The notes under the pieces: model-generated
Databases searched by the model: none
Seen by the model: only the letters and a program-made list of their open reading frames with translations
Told to the model about the DNA's origin: nothing
Assembly: GCA_965113315.1 (NCBI GenBank)
Contig: OZ220377.1
Strand: one strand, 5' to 3'
Source of the DNA: Podarcis vaucheri
Lineage: Eukaryota
DNA length: 64,000 nt
Program-made: the position numbers and the translations under genes
Shown here: positions 13,901 through 27,100 of the stretch, piece by piece
Layout: every line of letters begins with the position of its first letter
Position numbering within the stretch: position 1 is the stretch's first letter

Positions 13901-16900
13901 CTCATGTGTGTAGTTGTGGTTTTTGGTTGTTGTTTTCACGTACAAATGCTGGACTCTGTTGTTCCTGCTTTTGTTTTTCTGGGATGTGTGTGTTTTTCAC
14001 AGCAGACTGCAGAATAACTTTAATGAGCAAAAGTAATTAAAATGAGAATTTAGCTCTGATTGTTGCCTACTGCTCCCTCCTCTTCCTCTGTGTACTGAGA
14101 GGAGGAACTAAATTATGAAAACCCACTAATTAGCACTATTTGCATGTGCAGGCCGCTTGTGGATCTGTCTCCTCCGAGGCATGGCTCAGCAGAAGGTACG
14201 TAACTCCCCCCTCACAACCCGCCCTGTTCTAGGTTGATGCTAATACTGAAGAACACAAAAGAGAGAGCGTAAAGGTTAAAAGTCCCTGCAGATCACAATA
14301 GCTGGCATGCCTTAGCAGAGATCTCAGCTACCACAACAATCATGACTTACTCTACTGTGTATTGAGCCTTTCTAAAGCACTCCGCAATCATTATTAGATT
14401 TCCTCTGAAAAAAGGGTTTTAGACTCATTCAAGAAACCACAGTGCCTGGTAGAATAAGCCATGCTTTTTGTGACATTGGGTGCCTGCTTCTTCTCACCCC
14501 CTCCAGGCCTGGTATTCTGCAATTACTGGGCCAGGCTGGTGGGCTGTTGTTGTTGCTTGTGGGTCACGGGTGCAACAGTTGTCTTGTCTTGTGAATCACC
14601 TTGAGATCGTTGGACGAAGGGCCACAAAAGCCCCCCCTGCCACCCCAGAACATGCATGTTATAAAAAGTTACAGGATTTCAGCAGGAAGTTATGGAACAT
14701 GCACCAATTGGAAACAGAGCAATATATCTGCCCCAGATCACAAACAGTATCTCAAGTAGGATTGCAGATAACCACTCCGATACCCTCATGAACGCAAATC
14801 ATCATGAATGGACAATGAAAAGGACATGGAGTGGGGGGAAGGGGCTTTTGTTTTTAAGGTGCCAAAACACACTTTATTGCTTTTGCTGCCCCTCTGGAAA
14901 TTGGTTAATGATGATCTTTTGACAATTTGTTTTCACAGCTGGAAAAATGTGTCTGGACCCTGGGGAAATCTCGCCAACTGGCGTGAAGGATATTTTATTG
15001 ACGGTAGTTTTACCAGTTCCTCGGGCTGAGACTCGCCACAGTGTAAGTAGTAAATTAATTATATGGGCATGGCAATAATCTTTAATTTACCAAAGAGAGA
15101 AGTCAAGTGAAGAGAGTTGGGGGTGTAGATAACTTGTTTTGAGCAAAACCCATGGCAGGGGTGAGGGACCTGGGGCCCACCTTGACGTTGTTGAACTTCA
15201 AATCCCATCAGCCCCGGTCAGGGATGATGGGAGATGGAGTCCCACCACATCTGGAGCCCCAATTGTTACTCTGCAATTACTATCTTTTAATGTTTCTAAT
15301 TCTATGATACAGATTAAGAAATACATTTATATCCAGTATCAAAGGACTGTCATTCTTAAATCGTGTCCTCAATTCCCTTGGGAAGGGGATAGAAAACATA
15401 GCATGATTTTGCAAAATGCTACACCTGTTGTCTCAACCAGATCCATTTGTAATGCAGGTGGAAGAGAGTGCCTGTAGGTTTTCTGCCACCCCAGAGCCCC
15501 TCCCTGCTAACCTTGCCCCACATCACCACTCCACCCTCCCACATGCCACTGAAACAGGGTTTGAAAACAGGGTATTGTAATGGATCACGCCAGTTATATA
15601 TTTTCCTTTGTTTGCTGACTGTATTGTACATTATAGCAGGATGGACTGAAAACTTGTGCCCTTTCAGTAATACAATCACAGGTAGGCATTGGAAAAGTAA
15701 TGTTTTCCCTCTGCGATTAATTAAATTGATCTGCACAGTGACCCATTCATCGTAATGTAGAATAATATGTCTTGTTCCTTTTTTTCAATCCCCCACCCCA
15801 CCCCGCTCCCTTCTCATAGGAGTCTCTCTTTAAAAAATTTGATCCTTCTGCTGTGAAGTTAACAGTTTCGGTGTTTTGTGGCCCTGAAATGCTGCGTTCC
15901 AAGACAAGCTCTTTCAGCTCCTCCCTTCTGCGGAAAACCCAAGGAAAAACAGAAACGGGATTTACTCTTCAGTTCAGTGGTATGAAAACGAACCAGTTGG
16001 TTGCTGAATATTTTTAATGGTGGAAGGTCATTATCAGCTGAAACACAATAAACAGCTTGCCCCTCCCCAAGCTGGTGCTCAGCCAGGGAACATCAGGTCT
16101 CCAGTGGATGGTGGTCCACAGGTTGAGAATGAACCCTGTTTCTGGGAGACAGTGGACGGCCAGGTGTGAGGGATCCCCTGGTCCTGAACCAGGTAACTGG
16201 GACTATAAAAGACCAGTTGCGCAGCCCGGGAGTCATTTTGGACTCACATCTGTCCGTGGAAGCATATGCAGGTCAAATCTGTGTCCAGGGTGGCTGTCTA
16301 CCAGCTCCATCTGGTATGCTAGCTGAGACCCTACCTGTCCACACACTGTCTCTCCAGAGTGGTACGTGCTCTGGTTATCTCCCTGTGGTCTTCGGACAAA
16401 GGTCAGCATACAGATTTAATAAATAATAAAAAACACTAATGATGATGGGAGTTGCAGTCTGTCATCCTTGGCAGCAGTCCCATGTTCTTTCTGACATGTA
16501 GGTCCGCCCCAAAAGAATTAAGTTATCCCCAGAAAATCTGTCTGCTGAATAAATTATGAGCTAATTTCTCCCTGCTTTTTGTAATATACTGTGCAGAACA
16601 ATAAGTTGCTGCTGAGATTGACTAATGGCTGGAAACAAATTGAGAGGTTTAATTAAAGCTCAAAAGCTATTTATTGTGAGAATACTGCAAATCAATAGAG
16701 AGTACTGCTGTTATACAACCAGGCAGTACATAAAATATCTTTTTTTCCCTCCTTCCCCCTTCCCTCCCAAGCTAGTCCTGCTGAGGAATTGGAAATGTTA
16801 CGCCGTTTGCAGTTTTTGTCGGTAGGAAGTACTTAAGATGAGAAACTGACTAAAGGAAGGTCACAGCCAACTTAGAACTGAAGCCCAATGTGGGAGCTAA

Positions 16901-19900
16901 GCCGTAGGCCAGGGATGCAGATGTTGTTGGACTACAACTCCCATCATCCCTGACTGTTAGCCATGCTGACCTGGTCTGATGGGAGTTGGAGTCCAGCCAA
17001 AATCTGGAGGGCCACTGATCCCCCAGTTTCTGGAGTGGGAAGCTTTTACCCCTGAAGTATGTTTTTGACCAAGCGAAGGTTCTTAGTATTTATATAACAG
17101 GCTAATCCAGAATGTAGGGAGCTGCCTTTATGCTGTCTCAAGCCATTGCTTTACCTAGTCCAGTATTGTCTGAGAGGCAGTAGCTCTTCAAGGTCTCAAG
17201 CAGAGGGGTCTTTCGAATCACCTGCTGCCTTCTAACTTGAAATGCCAGAAACAGAGACTTTCTGCATGCAAAGCAGGCCACAAAGCAGGCTGTCTTTGGG
17301 TCCCCATCATTCTTCACAGAACTGTAGAGTTGGGAGGGACGTCAAGGATTATCTAGTCCAACCCCCTGCAATGCAGGAATTCTGCCCTCTTCCTCTGCAT
17401 AATTTATTTAATGCCTTCCAGGAGACATTTCCAGGTGATGTACAATAAGAACAACTTAAAAACAACAGCAAAACCCAGCAGATATATATATATATTTTAA
17501 AAAAGCAAAATAGACACCCATGGCAGAGACCCATTCATCCAGCTGGGAAAGCTGAATATCAATGTCTTCAGTTTTTTCTGGAAAGTGCAGGTAGTGGGTG
17601 CCTGTCATATCTTGAACAGCAGCTATTACACAAGGAAAGCCCTGCTCCTGGTTCTGGTGGGGCAAGCAGGCTTCTGATATCTTTGGATTTTTCAGGAGAA
17701 GCTCTCTCATGGGCCTCAGGGACCTGCTGGGTAAATAAGGGCAAAGGTTTTTCCTCAAGTTACAGTTAAGCTATAAACAATCAGAAATCGGCAAGAAGCT
17801 TCATTGCTTTCCAAGTGTTTCCTTGCTCAGTACAGTACCAGGGAGAGCCCTTTCTACTCTCCTGTGCTTCTGAAGTCAGTGTGACCTTAGGGAGAATCCA
17901 TTACCATAATTTCTCTAGGTACTGAATGAGGATTGGGAGAGGTCTAGGGCCCCACTCAGCAGCTCCCCACACCACCCCTAGGAATCCAGCAGGGTTGGCT
18001 TACCACACCTGAATTAAATAATGCATATGACCATCTGAAGACGTGGGGGTTAGTAAAACTGAAATATACTCAGAGTCGCAAAGTGATTTCATGCTCTTTA
18101 TTCAGCTCATAGTGGTGAGGAGGAATGAATGAAAGTCCCCTCAAAGTATCTGCTTTATATACATTATTTACACAATGGGCTGCACATGATTGGTTAATTC
18201 TGGAATTCTACTGTAAGCCAATCAGGTTGTGGATTCACTTATATCTGGAGCATGATTGGGTGGTTCCTGCCAACCAATCATACTGCTGCATTGTTCTTGG
18301 ACCAATCAGACTGCTGCATTCTGAATCCTATTGTTCTAGGACCAATCAGACTGCTGCAATTAGGATCCTATTGTTCTAGGACCAATCAGACTGCTGCAGT
18401 TTGGATCCTATTCAACTCAGTACATAACAAAAACCATTAAGTCCGGCTTCTGAAACAGGGGTGACTAACCTGCGGCCCTCCATATGTTGTTGAACTACAA
18501 TTCCCATAGGTTCCAGGTTCAATTCCTTGCATCTCCAGGTAGGGCTGGGGGAATTTTTATTTATTTTATTCAAAATTAAAACAAAACATATTATCCAGAA
18601 ACATATCATCCTTATTTTTTCTCCCTCCCCCCGCCTTCCCTCAGTTCCAGTCTTTGGTTTCTCTGCGACTGCTGTTTTCTTCATGTTACAAAGCTGTATA
18701 GATCCTCAAACTATTTAGCTGATTATTATCAATAAAAAGTTTGTGAATGTTTATTCAAGGGGGGGGGGATTTTGTTGCCTGAAACCCTGGAGAGCTGCTG
18801 CCAGCCAGTGTTGGCAATACTGCGCTAGATGGTCTGACTTGGTATATATTCCAGTGAATTCTGTCCCTTCAAAATTAGCTACTGTAATCCCTGGACTGGG
18901 GGGAAAAAAATCTCTTTCTTTGCTACAAAAACTGCAAATCGTTTCTAAAACAAAGTAACACAACGATCAAATACTATCCCTTGTCTTTTGTTGTTCTTGT
19001 TGTCAAGAATCATTTGCATTTGATTCCCTGGACCCAACAGCATTCGTAGGTGTGCAAGACGCAAAACCTTACATCTTGTTGAAGGTCACGTACAGTCCTA
19101 AAGGAAGAGGTAACGTCTTTTTTGGTGGGCGCAGTTCGCATTCTCTCCACACATGATATCTGAACAGAGGGTTGTTTGGGGCAGCCCCTGAGCTGTGGAA
19201 CTCCCTCCTCACAGTGGTGCATCTGACACCTTCATTGTATAACCTTCATAGAATCTTCAAGTTGGAAGGGAACCCGGGGGGTCATCTAGTCCAACCCCCT
19301 GCAATGCAGAAATCTCAGCTAAAGCATCCATGGCTGATGGCCATCCAATCTCTGCTTAAAAACCTCCAAGGAAGGAGAGTGCACCACTGAATACAAAACT
19401 CCTTTGCAGTGGTACCCTGGGTTACAGACGCTTCAGGTTACAGACTCCGCTAACCCAGAAATAGTACCTTGGGTTAAGAACTTTGCTTCAGGATGAGAAC
19501 AGAAATCGTGTGGCGGCGGCAGCGGGAGGCCCCATTAGCTAAAGTGGTGCTTCAGGTTAAGAACAGTTTCAGGTTAAGAATGGCCCTCCAGAACGAATTA
19601 AGTTCTGTACTCTCATCATTGATATCTAAATTTTAGGACCCACCTTATTTCTGTGATTTTATCTTGTTTTGGACTGTTGCATTTTACCAGTTGTAACCCT
19701 GGGATCTTAGTGTGAAGGGCAAGTTTATTGTTGTTGCTGTTGTTGTTAATTCTGAGTAGTTGTGAGTATCAGCAGTGCCACCTCCTCTGTTGGCTGTAAG
19801 TAAGGAGACAGGTAAGGTGGGGTCTGGCTGAGGGCAGAGTGAGCCTGGTGGGTTAGCACCCCATTCCCCCTAGTGCACCAGTCTTAACTATCTTCACACT

Positions 19901-22900
19901 TGCACACAAAATAGCCCACAAAAGAATTGCATTTAGCCCTTGGTTGCCCTCTCTGGGACTCCTGTCTTCAGAGCTGCTGCTGCTGCTGCTATCTGGTTTG
20001 GTTACCCCCAAAAGAGATGTTAACCAACTAAGAACCACATTTTCCTGCTTTACAGATTCACTGGCTCTTGGGTGGCAAAAAGTGGATGTGTTCCAGCAAG
20101 AAACGACAGGTTCTGGAATGATCTGGGCCCCTAGGGAATTCTCACCGTGCGTGCCTCTGAATCCCGGGGAAGTGCCTGACGCTATAATGGAGTGTCCTTT
20201 CAGAGAGCTTCCCAAAGGTAACAGAGTCATGGGTAATGGGTGAAGCTATGGTTTATAAACCACCCTTTTTAGCTAACCATAGTTAAAACTGATCATACGA
20301 ACCCAGCCTCATGGGTTCGTATAATAATTTTGGTATAATATATATACCAATAATATATATATATATAATATAATATAATAACCAACAATAGTGTTGGTGC
20401 TGGGGCTGCAACCATAAATCCGAAACATCCAAATGTGGGGCTCCGGGTGGGGGCCCTGTTCCCTACCACTTCTTTTATTCCTCCTTATACGGGCAATGAC
20501 ATCATCTTGGCATCAGAACTGAGGATGTGTAGGGACTCGCCCAGCAACAATGCAGTCAGGTCTGGGGGATTCCCTGTTGGCCATACTTCTGTCTCTAGCC
20601 ACTATTGGCCTGGACAACTAGTGTTATGGAAATGAATGAAAGGGCCGGGGGGTGGGCAGTTGCAGAGCGCTGGTTTGGTTGACCTGACCAGCACATTCCA
20701 TCACACTACAGAGAGATGTTGCTAAGAAGGTGCTATTTGAGAGAAACTCCATCAAACCTGGTGGGACTTAACTTCTGAGTGGACCTATAGGATTGGGAAT
20801 TCTAATCTGATGGGAGCAAAGTAAACATTGAAGCAGGGTAGTCTTATTCTGGATTATTTAATCCAGAACTTTTTTGTATCTGGCTCCAGTATGTGGCCCC
20901 TAGCAGATTACTTCTAAGGGAATGTGGCACTTGGGGCCAGCCCTATCATTGGGCAGAGTGAAGCAGTTGCCTCAGGTGGCAGGTGCTGGGGGCACAGGAA
21001 ATGATGAGGTGTTCGTGCTAACAGCCTACCCTGTACCTCCTAAAATAACCTGCTGGTACAGTGGAAGGTGTTGTTCTCATGTCAGTATCAAAGCGAGGTC
21101 ATTTCCTGACTTGTCAATGTCTACAGGTAAGATTCAGTCATATATTGGAAAATCCAGGTTGCACAATTGCAGGTGGTCAGGAGTTCTTGTGCAATAAATT
21201 CACTTCTCTCCGAAGGTCAAACCTTTTTTTGCAAATGCATGGGGAAGTGTGGGACAACACTTGCCCTGACACAATGGTCATCTGACCTCCCCTCAAACAA
21301 ATCAAAATGAATAATAATAATAATAATAAATTTTATTTATATCCCGCCCTCCCCAGCCGAAGCCGGGCTCAGGGCGGCTAACAACAATAAAACAGTACAA
21401 AAGTACAACATAAACAACATTCTAAAATCATTCATTATAAAAATTAATTCAAGCCACTAGCAACCATTGGGCCAGAGCTCTGCGAAGATTGCCGAGGGAG
21501 GGAGTCAGGCTGTGCCCTGGCCAAAGGCCTGGTGGAACAGCTCTGTCTTGCAGGCCCTGCTCATTCAATAGCCGCCTAATCTCCCTGAAAGCAAATCAGG
21601 TTCAACGCTAAATAAAAACAGGTTGTCCAAGTGCGGTCTAAGATTTGGCTGCCGGTCTAGTTGGCTTCTGCATGTGGAATAGAAGCAGGGGGAAGGCATA
21701 TATTGAACTTGACTTCGGGCAACAAAATGGCTTGGGCTGGCCCTGGGTGCCCTCAAGACGGGGCAGAAGTTTGCCCAGCCTTGCAGTGTAGTGTTCTACG
21801 CCTGACACCCAGAGGACACCTGTACTGCAGAGTGTTTTAAATCTGGGATTGAACCCACCTAGGTAGCGCCCCTTGTAGCATGCTAGGTCTGAGTCTCAGT
21901 ACAATCACGACGGCCACACACTTTGCTCTGGAGTCTCAGCCAATAAATGCCCCTCTGGGTCTCTTTCCAGAGAATGGATAATTCCTTTGAGGCAGCTGCC
22001 AAAGGGTCTGTAAAGGGAGAGCCAATTTCTCACTTAGAGAAGAATAGGTTTTCATTTAATTTTCTTAATTGATCTTGTGCTGCTGCCGCCTATTTAAATT
22101 TGCCTGAGTGATAACTGTAGCTGTGCCGGACTTGACCTCCTGACAATAATTCTTTTTCTGTGTGAAGAGTACAGTATGTGTGTGTTTAATTGTACTAGAA
22201 AGTAGAGGTGCACTGCAGTAAATCACATATGTTTCCAGATTTTGCAGAGGGCCATTCAACGATCCAGCTGACAGTGTATGATGTTGCCAATGAAAGACGA
22301 AGACTGCAAAGCCACCGCTTGAGGGAAGAAAGGTAACCACTGAAACTTGGGGGGAACGTGGCTTGGATGGGAAAATACTGGCTGCATTTTATTTTTCTAG
22401 AAGGCTCCTACCCAGTGTTGCTCTGGAATTCTAAGAAACCAAAAAATCAGTGCAGTTTTGTAATCAGTGGTTAGAATCTGTGCAGTTTTTTGTTTTTTAA
22501 AAAATAATTTTTATTAAGTTTTCCATTTAACAATCCAATCATATCACATTAATTATTCCAAATTATACCAATACATATAATAAAGTCCAAATATTTTGCC
22601 AAATTATATATTTTTGTTGGGGGTTCCCATGCTTTGAGTTCAGTAAGGGTCCAGTCATCTCATATTTCTGCTGCTTTTAGTGTTCACCAGTCCCATCTTT
22701 CAATCTTCTTGTTGTTATCCTTTTTCTTCTTAATAGCCTCTGAGTTCTTTCCACATGCGAGTTAAAGTAAGCAATATTATGCTTCTGTGTGAACTTTGTA
22801 AGGCTCTCCCTTTTTTTAAAGCTGGTAAGTGTTTTGTTTGCAGTAAATCACACACTGATCCAAAAGTCCTCCTCGAGCGGCAGACGCCATAATTCTCAGT

Positions 22901-24077
22901 TCCGATGAAATAAAATCTGTGCAGTTTTAAAAAGTTCCGTCTGCCATCTTGATTCAAAACTATTGTATCCACACATAGATGAAAACCTGCGCCTTGATCT
23001 CACGAACCAGCCTGCAAAATTTGATTGCGTATAGTACCTCAAGAGCTGTCAAAATGCAACGCGAGCAAACAAATTTCCAAAATATTTAATGTTGTTATTA
23101 ATGCAAGACAGTACTGCTTTTTATTTGACAAGCTTCTGTGCTGCGAGCAGCAATCCCTTTTTAAAGCCAGCTTCTGGTTTCTAAAAAGCAAAAGAACCCC
23201 AAACCAGTTCCCTGCCTCTGCCCTAAGATCCTTGTTCTTTCCTACCGAAACCATAACTTGCCATGCATTGTTATATTTATGACTCATCTTGGGATTTACG
23301 GGGCCTCTCTTGATATATTTCTCATCTAACTAGCTAAATAGCTCACAGCCAACACACACAACTCTCCCTCGTTGAACATTTTCTCTCCTGTCATTTCTGC
23401 CAATTTATCTGCAGATTTACGGGCCCCCTGACTTTCACAGGTTTGAAAATTAACGCCAAAATCAATATGGCGTATAAAACGTAAGATGATTTTACTGTAA
23501 ATTATTTTGCAAGACGTTGTGTCTGGCATGGGGCCTGCCTTGAAAAGGGGCGCTAACGTGTATAAATGAAAACACAAAAGCGAGTGTTTAAGGCACAGAA
23601 ACCGCCTCGTTCTCCAAAACCCCGGCAGCTTTGAAGTGGGAAGCCAAGGCGGTGCTTTTACGGCACATACCAGCAAGGGGGGTGGGGACTGTGCAGCTTG
23701 GGAGCCTCAAAAGTGAAGCCGGCAGCGGCACAAAGTTTTATTTTTATTTTATTTGCCGGTGTCAGTCAGTCGTCTGCAAGCAAAACAGATTGGCAGGAGG
23801 AAATGGTTCCTGCCGCACCACATGCTATAAATGGAAAAGTTGGTAAAGTTTAACGGCTGAGAAAATGAGCAAGTTTCCTATCTCTTGGGCCCCAAGTGGA
23901 AACTGCACCTTTGCAGCAGGGGAAGGGCAGTGGCTCAGTGGTGCAGAGCACACCCCTTTCATCAATGGGGTGACAGATGTCTCAGCCAGATCGCCCTCGC
24001 ATCCCACCCCTTTCATGCAGGAGATCCCAGTTCAATCCAGTTGCAGGATTCTGGGGAGTGGTGCCAGAAAAGACCTT

Positions 24078-24124
<47 letters not shown>

Positions 24125-27100
24125 TTATACCCTACCCATCTGGCTGGGTTTCCCTAGCCACTCTGGGCGGCTCCCAACAGAATTAAACAGGGCTGCCTTC
24201 CTATGTCTTCTAAAATTCAGATAGTTGTTTACAGTGGTACCTCGGGTTACAGACGCTTCAGGTTGCAGACACTTCAGGTTACAGACTCCGCTAACCCAGA
24301 AATAGTACCTCGGGTTAAGAACTTTGCTTCAGGATGAGAACAGAAATCGTGCGGCGGCGGCACAACGGCAGCGGGAGGCCCCATTAGCTAAAGTGGTGCT
24401 TCAGGTTAAGAACAGTTTCAGGTTAAGAACAGACCTCCAGAACAAATTAAGTTCTTAACCCGAGGTACCACTGTATTTCCTTGGCATCTGATGGGAGGGC
24501 GCTCCACAGGGGTGGCTTGAGTGATGGCCAGGGGTGCCACAAGCAACACTGGCCCCTGTCGCTCTTTCCTTCTCTCCCTCCTCTGGTGTCCTCTTGTGTC
24601 TCTGCCTCCCAAAGGCTTGCAGAGCTGTTTGTTGCAGCAGCCCTGGCTATAAGCTCCCCAGACGAATGGTGCCTGTGGGGCTGGCCAGGGGGTGCTTCCC
24701 AGGCCCCTGTGGGGCAATGGGAGGAGGCACCTCTCTTTGGGGCAGGAGGGCAGCTAATAGACCAGGGGTGGCAGCTGCAGCTGCCCAGAGGACTCCCAAG
24801 GAAAGGGCAGAGGGAAGAAGAGAGGAGGCTGAGGGAACACTCCAGAGGGAGGGCGTTTGAAAAGGGGTGAGGGGCTGCCAGCTCTGCAGGCAAGGGGTGA
24901 CATAAGTGGGCTCCTGAGCCCCACAGGGGTGCCGCAGAAAGAATGTAGTTGGTCAATAATAATAATAATAAATTTATTATTTATACCCCACCCATTTGGC
25001 TGGGTTTCCCCAACCACTCTGGGCGGCTTCCAACAAAACACTAAAATACAATAACCTATTAAACATTAAAAGCTTCCCTAAACAGGGCTGCCTTCAGATG
25101 TCTTCTAAAAGTCTGGTAGTTGTTGTTCTCTTTGACATCTGGTGGGAGGGCATTCCACAGGGCGGGTGCCATTACCGAGAAGGCCCTCTGCCTGGTTCCC
25201 TGTAACTTGGCTTCTTGCAGCAAGGGAACCACCAGAAGGCCCTCGGCGCTGGACCTCAGTGTCAAGGGAGCCGTGGACTCAAAAAGATTGAAAACCTCTG
25301 ATGCAAACCATTTAAACCTGCTTGATTTATATTTCCTGTGCTTGTTTGCATTGATCAGGCTCCAAGGACCCTCTTTTCTCTATGCTCCTTGGGTCCCGCA
25401 TGATCCCAGCATCATGCTACCAAATCCTCCGAGGATCAGCCAGCCATTTGATCTGTATATAGATGCCCTTCATTATATACTTGATAATGCAACCATCACA
25501 AAGGTAAGCTTCAGAATACTCCTGCGGTTCCCCACTTCAGTCAGTGTGCCCTTATTAGCATTCCATATTGCGTAGCTCCTGGGGTGGTCTGGGAAAAGGG
25601 CAGTGGGCTGCTATGCCCAGCAGGGAGGCTTCTGCTGTGAGCTGCTTGCTTAACGTAAAGAGAGAAAGCTGCCATATACAGATTCACCCATCCTTGTTTT
25701 TGTCCGAGTCTCTCTTTTCAGACAGGGAACTCTGCGTTGGCCCTTAAATCTGCTTTCCGAGACCAGTTTTGCTGGCAATTATTTATCCCAGTAGGTCATG
25801 TTGGCTGATGTAAAAACAACATCAACAACCCCATATACAAGAATCCAGTTGGACTCCATTTTTTCTCATGGTGTCTTCTGCATACAGAAAAACACACATA
25901 TCTGTAAATGATACGTTTCTGAAATTTGGTTATATTGTTTATTATCGTGCACATGATGCTGTTCTACCTTCGTGACAACTTCGCATTGAAACGTGAGAGT
26001 GGGGAGGAAAGGGTGATTGGACTCCCCTCAGTGTCTGATTTAGGCTAGAAGGAAGGATAAATCAATGGGAAATTCATGGAGGTCTGGGAAGGCGTAGTCA
26101 ATATTGCTTTTTGCCCCAAGAACACAGAACAAAAAAGGTCTGGAACAGAGATGAATAAATCTCTACAACTCTGTAGAGATTGTATGTGTGCATATGTAAA
26201 ATAATATATAAATTAATGTTCTCTACCTCATTAGGTAACAGGTCATTTCAGGAATACGGGCTTCAGCAATCTGCACCCTTTTGTAGCATTTCCTGTTCTT
26301 GAGAGCCCGTCTCGAAATCCAGAATTCCAGTACCGAGCAGCAATAGATGGAGACATTTCAAGTGGGATGGATATCAACACTTGGCTTCTGTTTCAAGTTC
26401 ATACAATTGACATGGATTTTGGAGACCTTGTTCTACTAGGTAACAGGACCTAGAAGCCATTCCCCCGCTTTAAAAATATTTATCCGTTTCCGAAACATTG
26501 CATTTCCTCCTGACAGTGTTTGCTTGAGGATGGAGTGTTGTAGCTGAGTCACTTCTTTACAGATCTAGCTCATGTGCAGACAGTACGAGAAGGAGAAAAA
26601 TATTAGGCGCTGAGGCCAGTGAGTAATCCAAATCTGCAAGCTTTTATTGAGAGCAGGGAGTATCACCTGACTTGCCCTAGCCTATTGCTGTTAAGAAGCT
26701 TCCTTATTGGTGGGCTGAAATCCCTGGCATTCCCTCTCTTGGCAAGAGCTCAGTAGCAGCACAGAATGCCCACCTGACCTCCCATAGACCAGTGGTGGCG
26801 AACCTATGGCACACATGCCAGAGTGGGCACTCCAAGCCCTTTCTGCGGGCACATGCAGCAGACAACGTTTCCAGCCACTCCCCCCCCCCACGCCAGTGCA
26901 TGTGGGAAACTCTCTCTAGAGTGCGCTCCGCCCACAGTGGTGTTTAGGGGAGTTGCGTGCCCGCCAAGCAGCTGGCAGTCTGCTGTTGGTGAGCTGGCAG
27001 GCGCATGTTGGTTGCGGTGACGCAAGCCATTTTCAGCGTTTCTCAGTGGGGTTAGTGAGTTTCTGTAGGCTGTGCATAGAAGCTGAACAACTTTGCTCTC

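Noticed and set aside
18290-18400. Regularly spaced direct repeats resembling a CRISPR array (also 4625-4795)
   Set aside because: Tandem repeats without unique spacers, inside LTR-like elements in a vertebrate genome with no cas genes
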